Shown: positions 8,627 through 20,302 of the stretch, one piece after another
Numbering within the stretch: the stretch's first letter is position 1
Layout of the letters: each line of letters begins with the position of its first letter
Source: a bacterium
Lineage (GTDB): Bacteria; Patescibacteriota; Minisyncoccia; UBA6257; GWB1-50-10
Direction: 5' to 3'
Length of the DNA stretch: 34,430 nt
Assembly (NCBI GenBank): GCA_021814805.1
Contig: JAKAHT010000003.1
Coordinates: 8,486-42,915, forward strand
The notes under the pieces: generated by a model
The model's database searches: none
What the model was told of the DNA's origin: nothing
Seen by the model: the letters and a program-made list of their open reading frames with translations, nothing else
Program-made: the position numbers and the translations under genes

Positions 8627-9421
8627 ATGAACATAATAGAAGTAAAAAATCTCATAAAAAAATTTGACGATTTCAAAGCAGTCGATGATATTTCCTTTTC
8701 TGTAAAGAAAGGGGAGATATTCGCTTTTTTGGGTCCCAACGGAGCCGGCAAATCGACCACAATAAAAATGCTGACGACCATATTAAATCCCACTTTCGGT
8801 GAGATACTTCTCGACGGCAAAAATCCTTCTCACGATGCCTTGGGAGCCAGGAAATCTTTCGGCATAGTTTTTCAGGATCCGAGCCTGGACGACGAACTCA
8901 CGGCCTATGAAAACATAGAATTTCACGGAGTTTTATACGGCGTACCGAGAGAAGTCGGCCGGGAAAGAGCTGAGCAACTTTTAAAATTCGTCGAATTATG
9001 GGACAGGCGCAATGATTTGGTCAAAAACTTTTCCGGCGGAATGAAAAGAAGACTCGAAATAGCGAGAGGTCTTCTTCATCACCCTAAAATACTCTTTTTG
9101 GACGAACCGACTCAGGGACTTGATCCTCAAACAAGAAATCACATTTGGAGTTATATACAAAATCTCAACAAGGAAGAAGGTATAACAGTATTTTTTACCA
9201 CTCATTACATGGAGGAAGCCGATAAAGTAGCACAAAGAGTAGACGTTATAGACCATGGTCAAATAGTAGCCGAGGGCACTCCGGAAGAACTCAAGGCGAA
9301 AACAAATGCATCTTCTTTAGAAGACGCCTTTCTCAGTTTGACCGGTCACGGTTTGAGGGAAGAAAATGCTTCAAGTGTCGATAATATGAGAAATCACAGT
9401 CGGGCTTGGGGTAGAAGATAA
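8627..9421 (+). CDS. ABC exporter ATP-binding subunit (DrrA-like)
   Basis: Walker A GPNGAGKST, signature FSGGMKRR, Walker B LFLDEPT, TTHYMEEA. Confidence 0.95.
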   Translation: MNIIEVKNLIKKFDDFKAVDDISFSVKKGEIFAFLGPNGAGKSTTIKMLTTILNPTFGEILLDGKNPSHDALGARKSFGIVFQDPSLDDELTAYENIEFHGVLYGVPREVGRERAEQLLKFVELWDRRNDLVKNFSGGMKRRLEIARGLLHHPKILFLDEPTQGLDPQTRNHIWSYIQNLNKEEGITVFFTTHYMEEADKVAQRVDVIDHGQIVAEGTPEELKAKTNASSLEDAFLSLTGHGLREENASSVDNMRNHSRAWGRR

Positions 9422-9435
9422 AATTAAATAAAATT

Positions 9436-10188
9436 ATGAATGCCATATACATTATTTGGTTAAGACAGCTTAAAAGATATTTGCGTTCCAAGGCCAGAAT
9501 AATAGGTTCTTTGGGTCAGCCGCTGCTTTTCTTGGTAGCTCTCGGTTTCGGACTCGGACCGGTTTTTCAAAGAGCCGGCGGAGGAAATTATTTGGATTTC
9601 TTGGCTCCCGGAATAATCGCCATGGGAATACTTTTTACGGCTCTTTTTTCCGGAGTGGAAATAATATGGGACAGGCAATTCGGCTTTCTTAAAGAAACCT
9701 TGGTTGCCCCGGTTTCCCGTTTGAAAATAATGATCGGGAGGACACTTGGAGGAGCGACCGTGGCTATCATGCAGGGTGTGATAGTTTTCATTCTGGCTTT
9801 TTTGGTCGGATTTCGTCCGGAATATCTGACAGTCGGCACCTTCATGTTGGCCCTGGTTTTTATGTTCCTTATAGCGGTGCTTTTCACGGCTCTCGGAACG
9901 GCCATAGCCTCCCAACTCGACGATATGCAAGGGTTCCAGCTTATAATGAACTTCGTTGTTATGCCGCTTTTCTTTCTTTCTGGTGCGCTTTTTCCGACGG
10001 AAGGTTTACCGTCGGGTATAGCTCTCGTGGTTAAAATAGATCCGCTTTCTTATGGCGTGGACGGTCTAAGGCATGCTTTGACCGGTGCGGCTAATTTCGG
10101 TTTTGCCACGGATTTTACGGTTCTCCTCATTATAACCGGGGCTTTGGTTGCTTTGGGGAGCTATCTTTTCTCCAAAATACAAATATAA
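9436..10188 (+). CDS. ABC-2 type permease (DrrB-like)
   Basis: Six TM segments; YLDFLAPGI, DRQFGFLKETLVAPVSR, FFLSGALFP, PLSYGVDGLR. Confidence 0.93.
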   Translation: MNAIYIIWLRQLKRYLRSKARIIGSLGQPLLFLVALGFGLGPVFQRAGGGNYLDFLAPGIIAMGILFTALFSGVEIIWDRQFGFLKETLVAPVSRLKIMIGRTLGGATVAIMQGVIVFILAFLVGFRPEYLTVGTFMLALVFMFLIAVLFTALGTAIASQLDDMQGFQLIMNFVVMPLFFLSGALFPTEGLPSGIALVVKIDPLSYGVDGLRHALTGAANFGFATDFTVLLIITGALVALGSYLFSKIQI

Positions 10189-10199
10189 AAAAGTGGGAC

Positions 10200-10283
10200 T
10201 TGATTAAAATCCTGTATCGGATAGAATATTTACGGCATCTTTCCAGATGCTTGTGCTCGAAGTGAAAGCACACTTGTTTTTTT
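10200..10283 (+). promoter_or_regulatory. Putative atp operon promoter and structured leader
   Basis: TTGATT-N16-TAGAAT, then hairpins GCATCT/AGATGC and TGTGCT/AGCACA (alternative AAGTG/CACTT), then T7. Confidence 0.45.
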
Positions 10284-10298
10284 CTGTCATTTTCTGAA

Positions 10299-11045
10299 AT
10301 GAACATAGGAGACGCAATTTCTTTAAAAGCTGAACCGATTTTCAACGTAGGGGGGTTTCAGATGACCAATACGTTGCTTTTGAGTTTTTTGGTTGTTTTG
10401 ATATTTTTAATTGTCGGTTTTGCATCCCGGAAAAAAATAAAACTTCTTCCGGGTAAATTCCAGGTTTTCTTTGAATGGCTTGTTGAAGGCATCCTAGATT
10501 TAATGGAAAGCGTTCTGGGGGAAAGATCATTGGCTGAAAAATATTTTCCTTTGGTTTCGTCGATTTTCTTTTTTGTTGTGGTATCGAACTGGCTTGGTCT
10601 TTTGCCCGGCTTGAGTTCGATAGGCCTCAGGGAACCAGGGAAGCCGATTATTCCGTTTCTGCGTTCTCCGGCGAGCGATCTCAATTTTACCCTGGCTCTG
10701 GCTCTTGTGTCCGTCTTGGGAACAAACATAATAGCCGTGAAATCAATGGGACTTAAGTTGCATATAAAGAAATTCTTTAATTTTAAAGATCCCATAAAAT
10801 TTTTCGTGGGAATCCTCGAGTTGATTTCCGAATTCGCCAAAGTCATTTCATTTTCTTTCAGGTTGTTTGGTAATGTATTTGCGGGAGAGGTGCTTCTCAT
10901 AATCGTGGGGGCTCTGGTGCCTTATTTGGTACCGATGCCTTTCATGACCATGGAATTTTTTGTCGGATTTATCCAAGCTTTCATTTTCGCCATGCTCACT
11001 CTTGTATTCATAGCAACAGCTACGGCTATGCATGAGGAGCATTGA
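10299..11045 (+). CDS. atpB: F0F1 ATP synthase subunit a
   Basis: SNWLGLLPG, P.SDLN.TLALA, SFRLFGNVFAGE with the essential Arg, IQAFIF. Confidence 0.97.
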   Translation: MNIGDAISLKAEPIFNVGGFQMTNTLLLSFLVVLIFLIVGFASRKKIKLLPGKFQVFFEWLVEGILDLMESVLGERSLAEKYFPLVSSIFFFVVVSNWLGLLPGLSSIGLREPGKPIIPFLRSPASDLNFTLALALVSVLGTNIIAVKSMGLKLHIKKFFNFKDPIKFFVGILELISEFAKVISFSFRLFGNVFAGEVLLIIVGALVPYLVPMPFMTMEFFVGFIQAFIFAMLTLVFIATATAMHEEH

Positions 11046-11082
11046 AAGGTCGGAAAACAACAAAAATAAAAATAAAACAAAC

Positions 11083-11310
11083 ATGGATTTAGCAAGCATA
11101 AAAATAATAGCCACGGCTCTCACGATAGCGATAGGCGTCATAGCGCCGGCCATAGCTATAGGAAAAATAGGTTCAAGTTCAACAGAAGCGATAGGTAGAA
11201 ATCCGGAAGCCGCTCCGAAGATACAAACGGCCATGATTTTGGCCATTGCTTTCGCGGAAGCTTTGGCGATTTACGCGCTCGTCATAGCGCTCATAGTCAA
11301 ATTTACGTAA
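11083..11310 (+). CDS. atpE: F0F1 ATP synthase subunit c
   Basis: Two TM helices, GRNPEA loop, ion-binding Glu in FAEALAIY; start at 11083 follows an A-rich spacer. Confidence 0.97.
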   Translation: MDLASIKIIATALTIAIGVIAPAIAIGKIGSSSTEAIGRNPEAAPKIQTAMILAIAFAEALAIYALVIALIVKFT

Positions 11311-11316
11311 AGTTTC

Positions 11317-11814
11317 ATGCAATCTTTAATAGAAAATTTCGGCATAGACTGGAAGGTTCTCTTGAGCCAGGTGATTAACTTTGCGGTCATATTCAGCGTG
11401 ATAACTTTCTTGGTTTACAAACCTCTGGTCAAAAGTATCTCCGAAAGAAGAAAAAAAATAAAAGAAAGCCTGGAAAAGGAAGAAGAGGCCTCGCGGCGAT
11501 TGTCGGAGGTGAATCTTTTGGAAAAGGAAACCCTTAAGAGGGCCGAAGAAAAAGCTGCCGGCCTTTTGTCTTCCGTCAAAGAAAGGGCCGAAGCCGAAGG
11601 AGCAAGGATTCTTAAGGAAGCGGAAGAAAAGAATAAAGAAATGAAATTGAAAGCCGATGAAGAAATTTCAGAAATGAAAGAAAAATCGGTAAGGGAAGCT
11701 GAAAAAGAAATAGCTTCTTTAGCCAAGGATGTCCTTGTTAAAGCGGTTAAAGTCAATCCTTCGGCTGTCGACGAAGCCCTGCTTAAGAGTCTAGCTGACA
11801 GAACAACGGAATAA
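11317..11814 (+). CDS. atpF: F0F1 ATP synthase subunit b
   Basis: GIDW...QVINF, YKPL...ERRKKI, long charged helix; operon position. Confidence 0.93.
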   Translation: MQSLIENFGIDWKVLLSQVINFAVIFSVITFLVYKPLVKSISERRKKIKESLEKEEEASRRLSEVNLLEKETLKRAEEKAAGLLSSVKERAEAEGARILKEAEEKNKEMKLKADEEISEMKEKSVREAEKEIASLAKDVLVKAVKVNPSAVDEALLKSLADRTTE

Positions 11815-11815
11815 A

Positions 11816-12199
11816 ATGAAAATACCTCCTAAAATGTACGCCAAAGTTTTTTCCGAACTCACCAAAAACAAAAGTCCGGAAGAAATAAAGGAAATAACCG
11901 AAAAGCTTGCCAAGCTCGTCTCGAAGAACGGGGATATAGGAAGCAAAGAAGAAATAATCAAGTTTGCGGAAAAGTATGAGAGAGAGTCAAACGGCAAGCA
12001 TCACCTTCTTCTTCAGACGGCGAGAATGATACCCGACAAACTGTATGTTGAAGTCCTGAAAAAATTCGGAGACGGGAAATACGATGTTGAAAATTCAATA
12101 GATGAAAAACTTTTGGCCGGCATAAGGATGGTTGTTGATGATTCCAAAGAACTGGATTTGTCGTTTAAAAAAATCCTCGGGGATTTGTTCGATAAATAA
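11816..12199 (+). CDS. atpH: F0F1 ATP synthase subunit delta (short)
   Basis: YAKVF N-terminus, [21 protein letters not shown]-terminal motif; between atpF and atpA. Confidence 0.85.
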   Translation: MKIPPKMYAKVFSELTKNKSPEEIKEITEKLAKLVSKNGDIGSKEEIIKFAEKYERESNGKHHLLLQTARMIPDKLYVEVLKKFGDGKYDVENSIDEKLLAGIRMVVDDSKELDLSFKKILGDLFDK

Positions 12200-12207
12200 A
12201 AACAAAA

Positions 12208-13725
12208 ATGAGTTATGAAATAATAGAAAAACTTAAAAAGGCCTTGGGCGAATACGAAAATCGTGCCGAATGGCAGGACATAGGCCGTGTGATTGAAATA
12301 GGCGACGGCGTGAGCAGGATTTCCGGATTGGAAAACGTTAAAAGCCAAGAAATAGTCTTGATTGAAACGGAAAAAGGAGAAGTGCCTGCCTTGGCTCTCA
12401 ACTTGGAAGAAGAAGCCATAGGTGCTTTGATTTTAGGAAACGATTCGGGCATAAAAAGCGGCGACAAGGTTAAAAGAACCGGTCAAATACTTTCAATAGA
12501 AGTTGGAGAGGAAATGCTCGGCCGGGTGGTGGATCCTTTGGGAAAACCTCTTGACGGCCGCGGAGAAATTTTTAAAAACAAAAAACCAGAAAGATATTTT
12601 CTAGAAAGAAAAGCTCCATCGGTCGTCGACAGGGAATCGGTCAAAACCCCGCTCCACACGGGAATAAAAGCCATCGATGCCATGATACCGATAGGTCGTG
12701 GCCAAAGAGAACTCATAATAGGCGACAGGCAAACCGGCAAAACGGCCATAGCGCTTGATGCCATAATAAATCAAGGGCAGGATAAGGGTCGTAAACCTCC
12801 CGTTTGCATTTACGTGGCTATAGGTCAAAAAGAATCCAAGGTGGCCAAGCTCATAAAAACTCTCGAAGAAAACGGAGCTTTAAAGTATTCTATAGTGGTT
12901 ACGGCTGGAGCTTCCAGCCCGGCTGCTTTTTGGTATCTAGCTCCTTACGCCGGCTGTGCTATAGGAGAATATTTTATGGATAAAGGTGAAGACGCCCTTG
13001 TCGTCTACGACGATTTATCCAAACATGCTTGGGGTTACAGGCAGATATCTTTGCTTCTCCGCCGGCCGCCTGGAAGAGAAGCTTACCCCGGAGACGTTTT
13101 TTATCTACATTCGCGTCTTCTGGAAAGAGCCGCCAAATTAAGCAAGGAAAAAGGCAGTGGATCTCTCACGGCCTTGCCGATAATAGAAACTCAGCTCGGC
13201 GATATTTCGGCTTACATTCCTACCAACGTAATTTCCATAACCGACGGGCAGATATATCTGGAATCCGATCTTTTTTATCAGGGCGTTAAACCGGCCATAA
13301 ACGCGGGCCTTTCAGTCTCCAGAGTCGGCTCTTCGGCTCAAACCAAGGCCATGAAGAAAGTAGCCGGACGTTTAAGATTGGAGCTTGCTCAATTCAGGGA
13401 ACTTCAAGCCTTCGTTCAGTTTGCTTCGGAAGTTGATGAAGCCACCAAAAAAAGAATAAAGCGCGGGGAAATACTCACCGAAGTTTTGAAGCAGGACGAT
13501 TTAAAGCCGGTACCTTTCGAAGAAGAAGTGGTTTTGATTTACGCATCAATAAACGGCTATTTTGACGACCTAAAAAAAGAAGAGGTAAGGAAAAGTATGA
13601 ACGATTTGTCCAAATACTTCCGGGAAATACATCCCGAAATACTCGAAAAAATATCATCGACCGGAGATCTTGACGGTCAAACAGAAGAATTACTCAAAAA
13701 ATCATTAGATTCATGGCATCTTTAA
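12208..13725 (+). CDS. atpA: F0F1 ATP synthase subunit alpha
   Basis: [47 protein letters not shown]. Confidence 0.99.
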   Translation: MSYEIIEKLKKALGEYENRAEWQDIGRVIEIGDGVSRISGLENVKSQEIVLIETEKGEVPALALNLEEEAIGALILGNDSGIKSGDKVKRTGQILSIEVGEEMLGRVVDPLGKPLDGRGEIFKNKKPERYFLERKAPSVVDRESVKTPLHTGIKAIDAMIPIGRGQRELIIGDRQTGKTAIALDAIINQGQDKGRKPPVCIYVAIGQKESKVAKLIKTLEENGALKYSIVVTAGASSPAAFWYLAPYAGCAIGEYFMDKGEDALVVYDDLSKHAWGYRQISLLLRRPPGREAYPGDVFYLHSRLLERAAKLSKEKGSGSLTALPIIETQLGDISAYIPTNVISITDGQIYLESDLFYQGVKPAINAGLSVSRVGSSAQTKAMKKVAGRLRLELAQFRELQAFVQFASEVDEATKKRIKRGEILTEVLKQDDLKPVPFEEEVVLIYASINGYFDDLKKEEVRKSMNDLSKYFREIHPEILEKISSTGDLDGQTEELLKKSLDSWHL

Positions 13726-14663
13726 ACTATCTCAAAAAAAGAATAAACGGAGTTAAAAGTATCAACCAGATAACTTCGGCCATGGAGCTTGTGGCGGCAA
13801 CTAAAATGAGAAAAGCTCAGGAAGTAGCTTTAGCATCGAGGTTTTACGCTTTCGACGCCTTGGAAATATTGGGCAACCTGATAAACAGCCTTTCTTCGGC
13901 GGGCAATCATAAGCATCTTTTCGAGAGACGCGTCAAAAAAACAGCCGTACTTTTAGTCACCTCCGATAAAGGTCTCGTGGGATCGTTCAACGGGAGCGTC
14001 CTGAAAAGGTTGGATAAATTCATCAAATCAAACGATTCCGCCGACATTGGAAACTCTTTAATCTTCATAACGGTCGGTCAAAAGGGGACGGATTACGTTA
14101 AAAAAATCGGCTTTGAGCCGGTGAAATCTTTTTCTAATTACAGTGACGTAGTGGCTTTGGAAAAAATAATAGAGCTTTCCGATTTTTTAGAAAAAGGTTA
14201 CCGGAGAAACGAATGGGACAGGATAATCTCCTTTTCAACCAATTTTACTTCCGCTCTCTCGCAGGAAGTAGTGGAAAGACAAATACTGCCGTTTGATACC
14301 GAAAAAATAAGAAAAACAATCGAGGATGTAATACCCAAAACCGGAAGATATTCCGAGTTGAGAAAGAACATGGAAGAAAGGAGAGCCGAGGAACCGCTGG
14401 ATTATATAATGGAACCGAACGCCGAGGAAATTATCGAGGATTTTTTGCCCCATTTGCTTAAAATAGAGATTTACCACTTGATGCTCGAAGCTAACGCTTC
14501 GGAGCATTCTTCGAGAAGAATGACAATGAAGAATGCTTCGGATAATGCTGAAGATTTGACTAACGAGCTAACTTTGGAATACAACAAGTCGAGACAGGAA
14601 ATGATAACAAGAGAACTCGGAGAACTAACAGGAACAGTCGCCGCCATCACTCAAAACATCTAG
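13713..14663 (+). CDS. atpG: F0F1 ATP synthase subunit gamma
   Basis: [54 protein letters not shown]; 13-nt overlap with atpA. Confidence 0.98.
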   Translation: MASLNYLKKRINGVKSINQITSAMELVAATKMRKAQEVALASRFYAFDALEILGNLINSLSSAGNHKHLFERRVKKTAVLLVTSDKGLVGSFNGSVLKRLDKFIKSNDSADIGNSLIFITVGQKGTDYVKKIGFEPVKSFSNYSDVVALEKIIELSDFLEKGYRRNEWDRIISFSTNFTSALSQEVVERQILPFDTEKIRKTIEDVIPKTGRYSELRKNMEERRAEEPLDYIMEPNAEEIIEDFLPHLLKIEIYHLMLEANASEHSSRRMTMKNASDNAEDLTNELTLEYNKSRQEMITRELGELTGTVAAITQNI

Positions 14664-14676
14664 TTTTCAAATATAA

Positions 14677-16299
<1,623 letters not shown>

Positions 16300-16307
<8 letters not shown>

Positions 16308-16328
16308 ACGCCGATTTTCTGGTATTTT
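16300..16328 (+). promoter_or_regulatory. Sigma70-type promoter for the carbonic anhydrase gene
   Basis: TTGACT-N17-TATTTT with TG extension, overlapping the atpC stop. Confidence 0.5.
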
Positions 16329-16381
16329 AGAAAAAAGTTGCTTTTAAAAATAACCAATAAAAAATAAAAAGGAATAAAACT

Positions 16382-16813
16382 ATGGAACAGAAGTTGAATA
16401 AAATTTCCCAGTTCGATTTTAAGGAGGGGCATTATGTTGCCGAGGACGGAGTCGTAATGTGGTGTTTTGATAAAAGATTAAGAAAAAATGGTCTTGATTT
16501 CCTGGAAAACTACTTGAAACTCGGTTTCGATTTCGTCTCTATCGCCTCGGGAGGACTTTCAAGACTTACTTCCGGAGACGAAGGAAGTATAAAGTTTGTA
16601 TTGGAAGAAGTAGGTAAATCAGTAAAGCTTCACAAATCGCCGACCATAATTCTTACCGCCCATAATAATTGCGGTGACTTCGGAGGTGTAATAGATGCCA
16701 ATTTTTACATCGAGAAACTCGATGAAGGTGAAAGGAAACTTAAAGAATTGGCGCCGGGAATAAAAATAAGAAAATTTTTCATCGACTTCGACGCCATATA
16801 CGAAGTCAATTAA
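16382..16813 (+). CDS. Putative minimal beta-class carbonic anhydrase
   Basis: Zn-ligand motifs CxDxR (WCFDKR) and HxxC (AHNNCG). Confidence 0.75.
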   Translation: MEQKLNKISQFDFKEGHYVAEDGVVMWCFDKRLRKNGLDFLENYLKLGFDFVSIASGGLSRLTSGDEGSIKFVLEEVGKSVKLHKSPTIILTAHNNCGDFGGVIDANFYIEKLDEGERKLKELAPGIKIRKFFIDFDAIYEVN

Positions 16814-16819
16814 ACAATT

Positions 16820-16860
16820 GAAAACCGCAGGCAGAAAAACTCCTGCGGTTTTCTCTTTAT
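16820..16860 (+). terminator. Intrinsic terminator
   Basis: Perfect 12-bp stem GAAAACCGCAGG/CCTGCGGTTTTC with 10-nt loop, followed by T-rich sequence. Confidence 0.85.
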
Positions 16861-16870
16861 ATTGATGTTT

Positions 16871-16899
16871 TTGCAAAGGCGGAAAGCGGGGTTTAAAAT
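16871..16899 (+). promoter_or_regulatory. Sigma70-type promoter for dnaG-rpoD
   Basis: TTGCAA-N17-TAAAAT just after the terminator, 7 nt before ATG at 16907. Confidence 0.65.
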
Positions 16900-16906
16900 A
16901 CTTGTA

Positions 16907-18616
16907 ATGGCGAAAGACGTAGATTTAATAAAAGAGAAAGTCGATCTGGTCGATTTTCTAAAGTCGTATTTGACACTCACGCCAACCGGCAGAAATTTTA
17001 AGGCTATTTGTCCTTTTCATCAGGAAAAAACTCCTTCCTTTTTTGTTTCTCCGGAAAGAAAAATATGGCACTGCTTCGGGTGCGGACTCGGAGGAGACGT
17101 AATAAAGTTCGCTATGCTTTACGAGCATTTGGAATTCCCGGAAGCTTTGAAATTTCTGGCTGAAAAAGCCGGCATTCAAATAAGAACTCTCAATCCTTCG
17201 GAACAGAGAGAATTCGGCGTGCTTTATGATTTAAACGAGGAAGCCGTAAGGTTTTATAAAAAAAATCTTTCTCTGAACGAAAGAGCTCTGGCTTATTTAA
17301 AAGAAAGAGGGCTTAAGCCGGAAATCATAGAGGAATTCAACTTAGGTTTCGCTCCTTACGGAGAGGAACTTGTGAAATTTCTTATAAAAAACGGTCATGA
17401 TATAAGGGATATTGCGAGAGCCGGCTTAGCACAAAGAAATACAAGGGGGCTTTACAAAGACAAGTTTCAAGAAAGAATAATATTCCCCATTTCGAATCAA
17501 GTCGGTAAAGTAGTCGCTTTTACCGGAAGAATCATGCCTGATTCTTCCGGTAAAGACCCCGAAGGATCTCCCAAATACCTCAACTCGCCGGAAACGGTGA
17601 TATTTAATAAATCGAAAGTGCTCTACGGTTTTGATAAATCAAAACAATATGTAAGCGATAAAAATTCGGTCATAATAGTCGAGGGTCAAATGGATTTTCT
17701 CATGATGTGGCAAGCCGGCGTGAAAAATATGGTGGCCGTATCGGGAACCGGACTGACTGAAGACCACCTTTCGAGATTAAGAAGATTCGCGGATACCGTA
17801 ACCGTAAGTTTTGACAAGGACAAGGCCGGCATAAAGGCTCTTGAGAGAAGTTTGGATCATTTCCATAAATTCGATTTTAACGTCAAGGTTTTGGATTTGG
17901 GTAAATTCAAGGATCCGGCCGACGCTTGTCGGGACAATCCCGAATTCATAAAAACGGCCTTAAGCTGGTCGAAACCGGCCCTTTCTTATCTCATGGATCT
18001 TTATTTCGGGTCGCGCTCGTACAAAGAAGGCGGCATAGCTTCCAAAAAAAGGATAATGAGACATATTTTGTTGAAAATAAGAGCCTTGAGGAGCGCCGTA
18101 GAAAAAGGTATTTGGATAAAAGAAGCCTCCAGAGAATCAGGTATTCCGGAAAACGATTTAAGAGAAGAATTGAATGATTTAAATAAAGAAACGTTCAAAA
18201 ATGAAGAAAAAGACCTTATCGACGAAAACGATAAGTCGGATAAAATAGAGGAAGTGGCTAGGAAATTAACGGCTATTTCTTTGACAAAAAAAGAATTTCT
18301 TGATATCTTAAAAAACGAAATAAACCTTCTGCCGGATAATTTCGCTAAAATAATCCGCGGCGACAAAGAGTCCGACGACACGGCACTCGTTGAACTGGAA
18401 GCTTCCTACGTATCAAGCAGCTTGGATGAAAAAACCATAAGGAAGGAGTTTAACGATCTTCTTAAAAAATTGAAAGTGATATCGATGAACAAAACGAAGT
18501 CCTCGATAAAGAAAGCTCTTACCGAAGCTCAAAATTCCAACGATGAGGAAAAAGTAACTAACTTGCTTTCTCAATTTTCCGATATCAGTAAAAAATTGAA
18601 CGATTTATCAAAATGA
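16907..18616 (+). CDS. dnaG: DNA primase
   Basis: CPFH.EKTPSF and HCFGC zinc finger, [30 protein letters not shown] motifs; start moved to 16907. Confidence 0.98.
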   Translation: MAKDVDLIKEKVDLVDFLKSYLTLTPTGRNFKAICPFHQEKTPSFFVSPERKIWHCFGCGLGGDVIKFAMLYEHLEFPEALKFLAEKAGIQIRTLNPSEQREFGVLYDLNEEAVRFYKKNLSLNERALAYLKERGLKPEIIEEFNLGFAPYGEELVKFLIKNGHDIRDIARAGLAQRNTRGLYKDKFQERIIFPISNQVGKVVAFTGRIMPDSSGKDPEGSPKYLNSPETVIFNKSKVLYGFDKSKQYVSDKNSVIIVEGQMDFLMMWQAGVKNMVAVSGTGLTEDHLSRLRRFADTVTVSFDKDKAGIKALERSLDHFHKFDFNVKVLDLGKFKDPADACRDNPEFIKTALSWSKPALSYLMDLYFGSRSYKEGGIASKKRIMRHILLKIRALRSAVEKGIWIKEASRESGIPENDLREELNDLNKETFKNEEKDLIDENDKSDKIEEVARKLTAISLTKKEFLDILKNEINLLPDNFAKIIRGDKESDDTALVELEASYVSSSLDEKTIRKEFNDLLKKLKVISMNKTKSSIKKALTEAQNSNDEEKVTNLLSQFSDISKKLNDLSK

Positions 18617-19827
18617 AAAAAACTCCCAAAAAGAAAATTAAAAAGAATAAGTCAGTTTCAAAAAAAATGGCCGTTAAAAAAGGACCAAGGGTAAAAACCG
18701 GCAAAAAGAATCTAAAGTTAGCCAAAAAACCAGAAAAACAGGTTCCGGTTTCTCCGGAATACGCTGAAGCTTTGGAGGAACTGGTAAAAAGAGGCAGGGG
18801 CCGGGAATTTTTGACCGATGCCGAGGTTTTGAATTATTTCCCGGAAATAGAAAAAAATCTCCCTTTCTTGGAGCAAGTCTACGGCCGGCTAGAAAAAGAG
18901 GGCATAAAAATAAAAGAATCGGCGCCCGTTATAAAAAGTTTGAACCTCGAAGAAGTTTCAGCCGACGAACTTAAGGAAGCCACTAAAATAGAAAACGATC
19001 TGCCGGATGCGGTTCAAATGTATCTTAAGGAGATAGGCAAAACACCTCTTTTGACATCGGCCGAAGAAAAAGAGCTGGCTAAAAGGATAGAAAAAGGCGA
19101 CGAATCGGCCAGAAAAAAACTCATTCAAGCGAATTTAAGGCTCGTCGTTTCCATAGCTAAAAGATATGCCAACAGGAGTCAAAGGCTCAGCATTTTGGAT
19201 TTGATTCAAGAAGGGAACATAGGCCTCTCGAGAGCCGTCGATAAATTCGACTATACCAAGGGATTTAAATTCTCCACCTATGCCACCTGGTGGATAAGAC
19301 AGGCTGTTACAAGAGCCCTCGCGGATTATTCTAGAACCATAAGAATTCCCGTCCATATGGTGGAAACAATAACAAAATACACCCAGGCCAAAAGGCAGCT
19401 CATGCAAGAGCTCGGGCGGGAGCCGCTACCCGAAGAAATAGCTTCCGAGATGGGCATGGACGTCAAAAAAATACACTACATACAGAAGATTTCCCAGGAA
19501 GTAATGTCTCTCGAGGCGCCGATAGGCGACAGCGAGGATGATTTGACTCTGTCAGATTTCATAAAAGACGAACAAAGCCTGAGTCCTGACGAGTTGGCCA
19601 ACCAAGCTCTTCTTAAGGATCAAATAAAGGAAATATTAGCCGATCTAACGGACCGGGAACAAAAAATACTCGCCATGAGATTCGGCCTCGACGATAACAT
19701 ACCTCACACTTTAGAAGAGGTGGGAAAGGAATTCGGGGTTACAAGGGAGCGTATAAGGCAAATAGAAGCCAAGGCCTTAGAAAAAATAAGAACTCACCAT
19801 AAATCTAAGAAACTGGAAGGGTATTGA
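18613..19827 (+). CDS. rpoD: Primary RNA polymerase sigma factor
   Basis: [63 protein letters not shown]. Confidence 0.98.
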   Translation: MKKTPKKKIKKNKSVSKKMAVKKGPRVKTGKKNLKLAKKPEKQVPVSPEYAEALEELVKRGRGREFLTDAEVLNYFPEIEKNLPFLEQVYGRLEKEGIKIKESAPVIKSLNLEEVSADELKEATKIENDLPDAVQMYLKEIGKTPLLTSAEEKELAKRIEKGDESARKKLIQANLRLVVSIAKRYANRSQRLSILDLIQEGNIGLSRAVDKFDYTKGFKFSTYATWWIRQAVTRALADYSRTIRIPVHMVETITKYTQAKRQLMQELGREPLPEEIASEMGMDVKKIHYIQKISQEVMSLEAPIGDSEDDLTLSDFIKDEQSLSPDELANQALLKDQIKEILADLTDREQKILAMRFGLDDNIPHTLEEVGKEFGVTRERIRQIEAKALEKIRTHHKSKKLEGY

Positions 19828-19843
19828 TCCTTAGGGGTAACCT

Positions 19844-19871
19844 TGGACATTCCTTATAATTGTGGTATAGT
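19844..19871 (+). promoter_or_regulatory. Putative promoter for the orphan ORF
   Basis: TGGACA-N16-TATAGT with TG extension. Confidence 0.45.
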
Positions 19872-19905
19872 AATAATCCTGTTTTAACAGGGTTATTTAT
19901 TTAAT
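19872..19905 (+). terminator. Hairpin after rpoD, probable terminator
   Basis: AATAATCCTGTT/AACAGGGTTATT inverted repeat (one G-U) followed by AT-rich sequence. Confidence 0.55.
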
Positions 19906-19944
19906 TAACTGCATTATTAACAAAACAAAAATACCGGAGGTACT

Positions 19945-20226
19945 ATGTGTCTTGTCAGAGATACTATCGCAGCAACAGTTACCCACTCAAACGGAAAAAA
20001 CTTCTCAGTGAAGTTTTTTATCAGAGATGAAAAAAGTGGAACAGTTTCCGAACAGGAAATGAGAGTCCCTAAGGACAAGAAAACCGTCTCACCAAGAATA
20101 GATCAGGTTGTTTTCTTGAAGCTGACTAAAAAGAAGGGTCAGCTTGTACCGAAAAAAGTTTGGTTGGGTAGAAAAAAAGACACAGGAGTTATGCTACAAA
20201 GGAAGGACGTCATCTATAGCAGGTAG
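19945..20226 (+). CDS. Hypothetical small basic protein
   Basis: 93-aa ORF with GGAGG ending 4 nt before the ATG, an upstream promoter candidate and a downstream hairpin; no family recognised. Confidence 0.7.
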   Translation: MCLVRDTIAATVTHSNGKNFSVKFFIRDEKSGTVSEQEMRVPKDKKTVSPRIDQVVFLKLTKKKGQLVPKKVWLGRKKDTGVMLQRKDVIYSR

Positions 20227-20244
20227 ATGACATAAAAAGTTCTT

Positions 20245-20283
20245 ACGAGGTCCCACGAATTTTGTGGGACCTTGCTCGTTTTA
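20245..20283. terminator. Hairpin between convergent orphan ORF and tRNA-Pro
   Basis: AGGTCCCAC/GTGGGACCT core stem; ACGAG/CTCGT can form an alternative base; T- and A-rich flanks. Confidence 0.65.
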
Positions 20284-20302
20284 TATCGTGAGTATTATCT
20301 TG

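Noticed and set aside
11083..11310. Possible Na+-coupled ATP synthase
   Set aside because: Subunit c has E-A rather than E-S/T and lacks the helix-1 Gln/Glu of the Na+ signature, so it is more consistent with H+ coupling
16862..16906. Longer N-termini given by the ORF track for dnaG, atpE, rpmB, rpsQ and the aminotransferase
   Set aside because: The extensions overlap promoter boxes or upstream genes and precede the homologous start; downstream ATGs were chosen
19828..20302. Integrated element or prophage at the tRNA-Pro 3' end (likewise at tRNA-Ser)
   Set aside because: No integrase or transposase, and I saw no duplicated tRNA 3' end; only one small ORF is present
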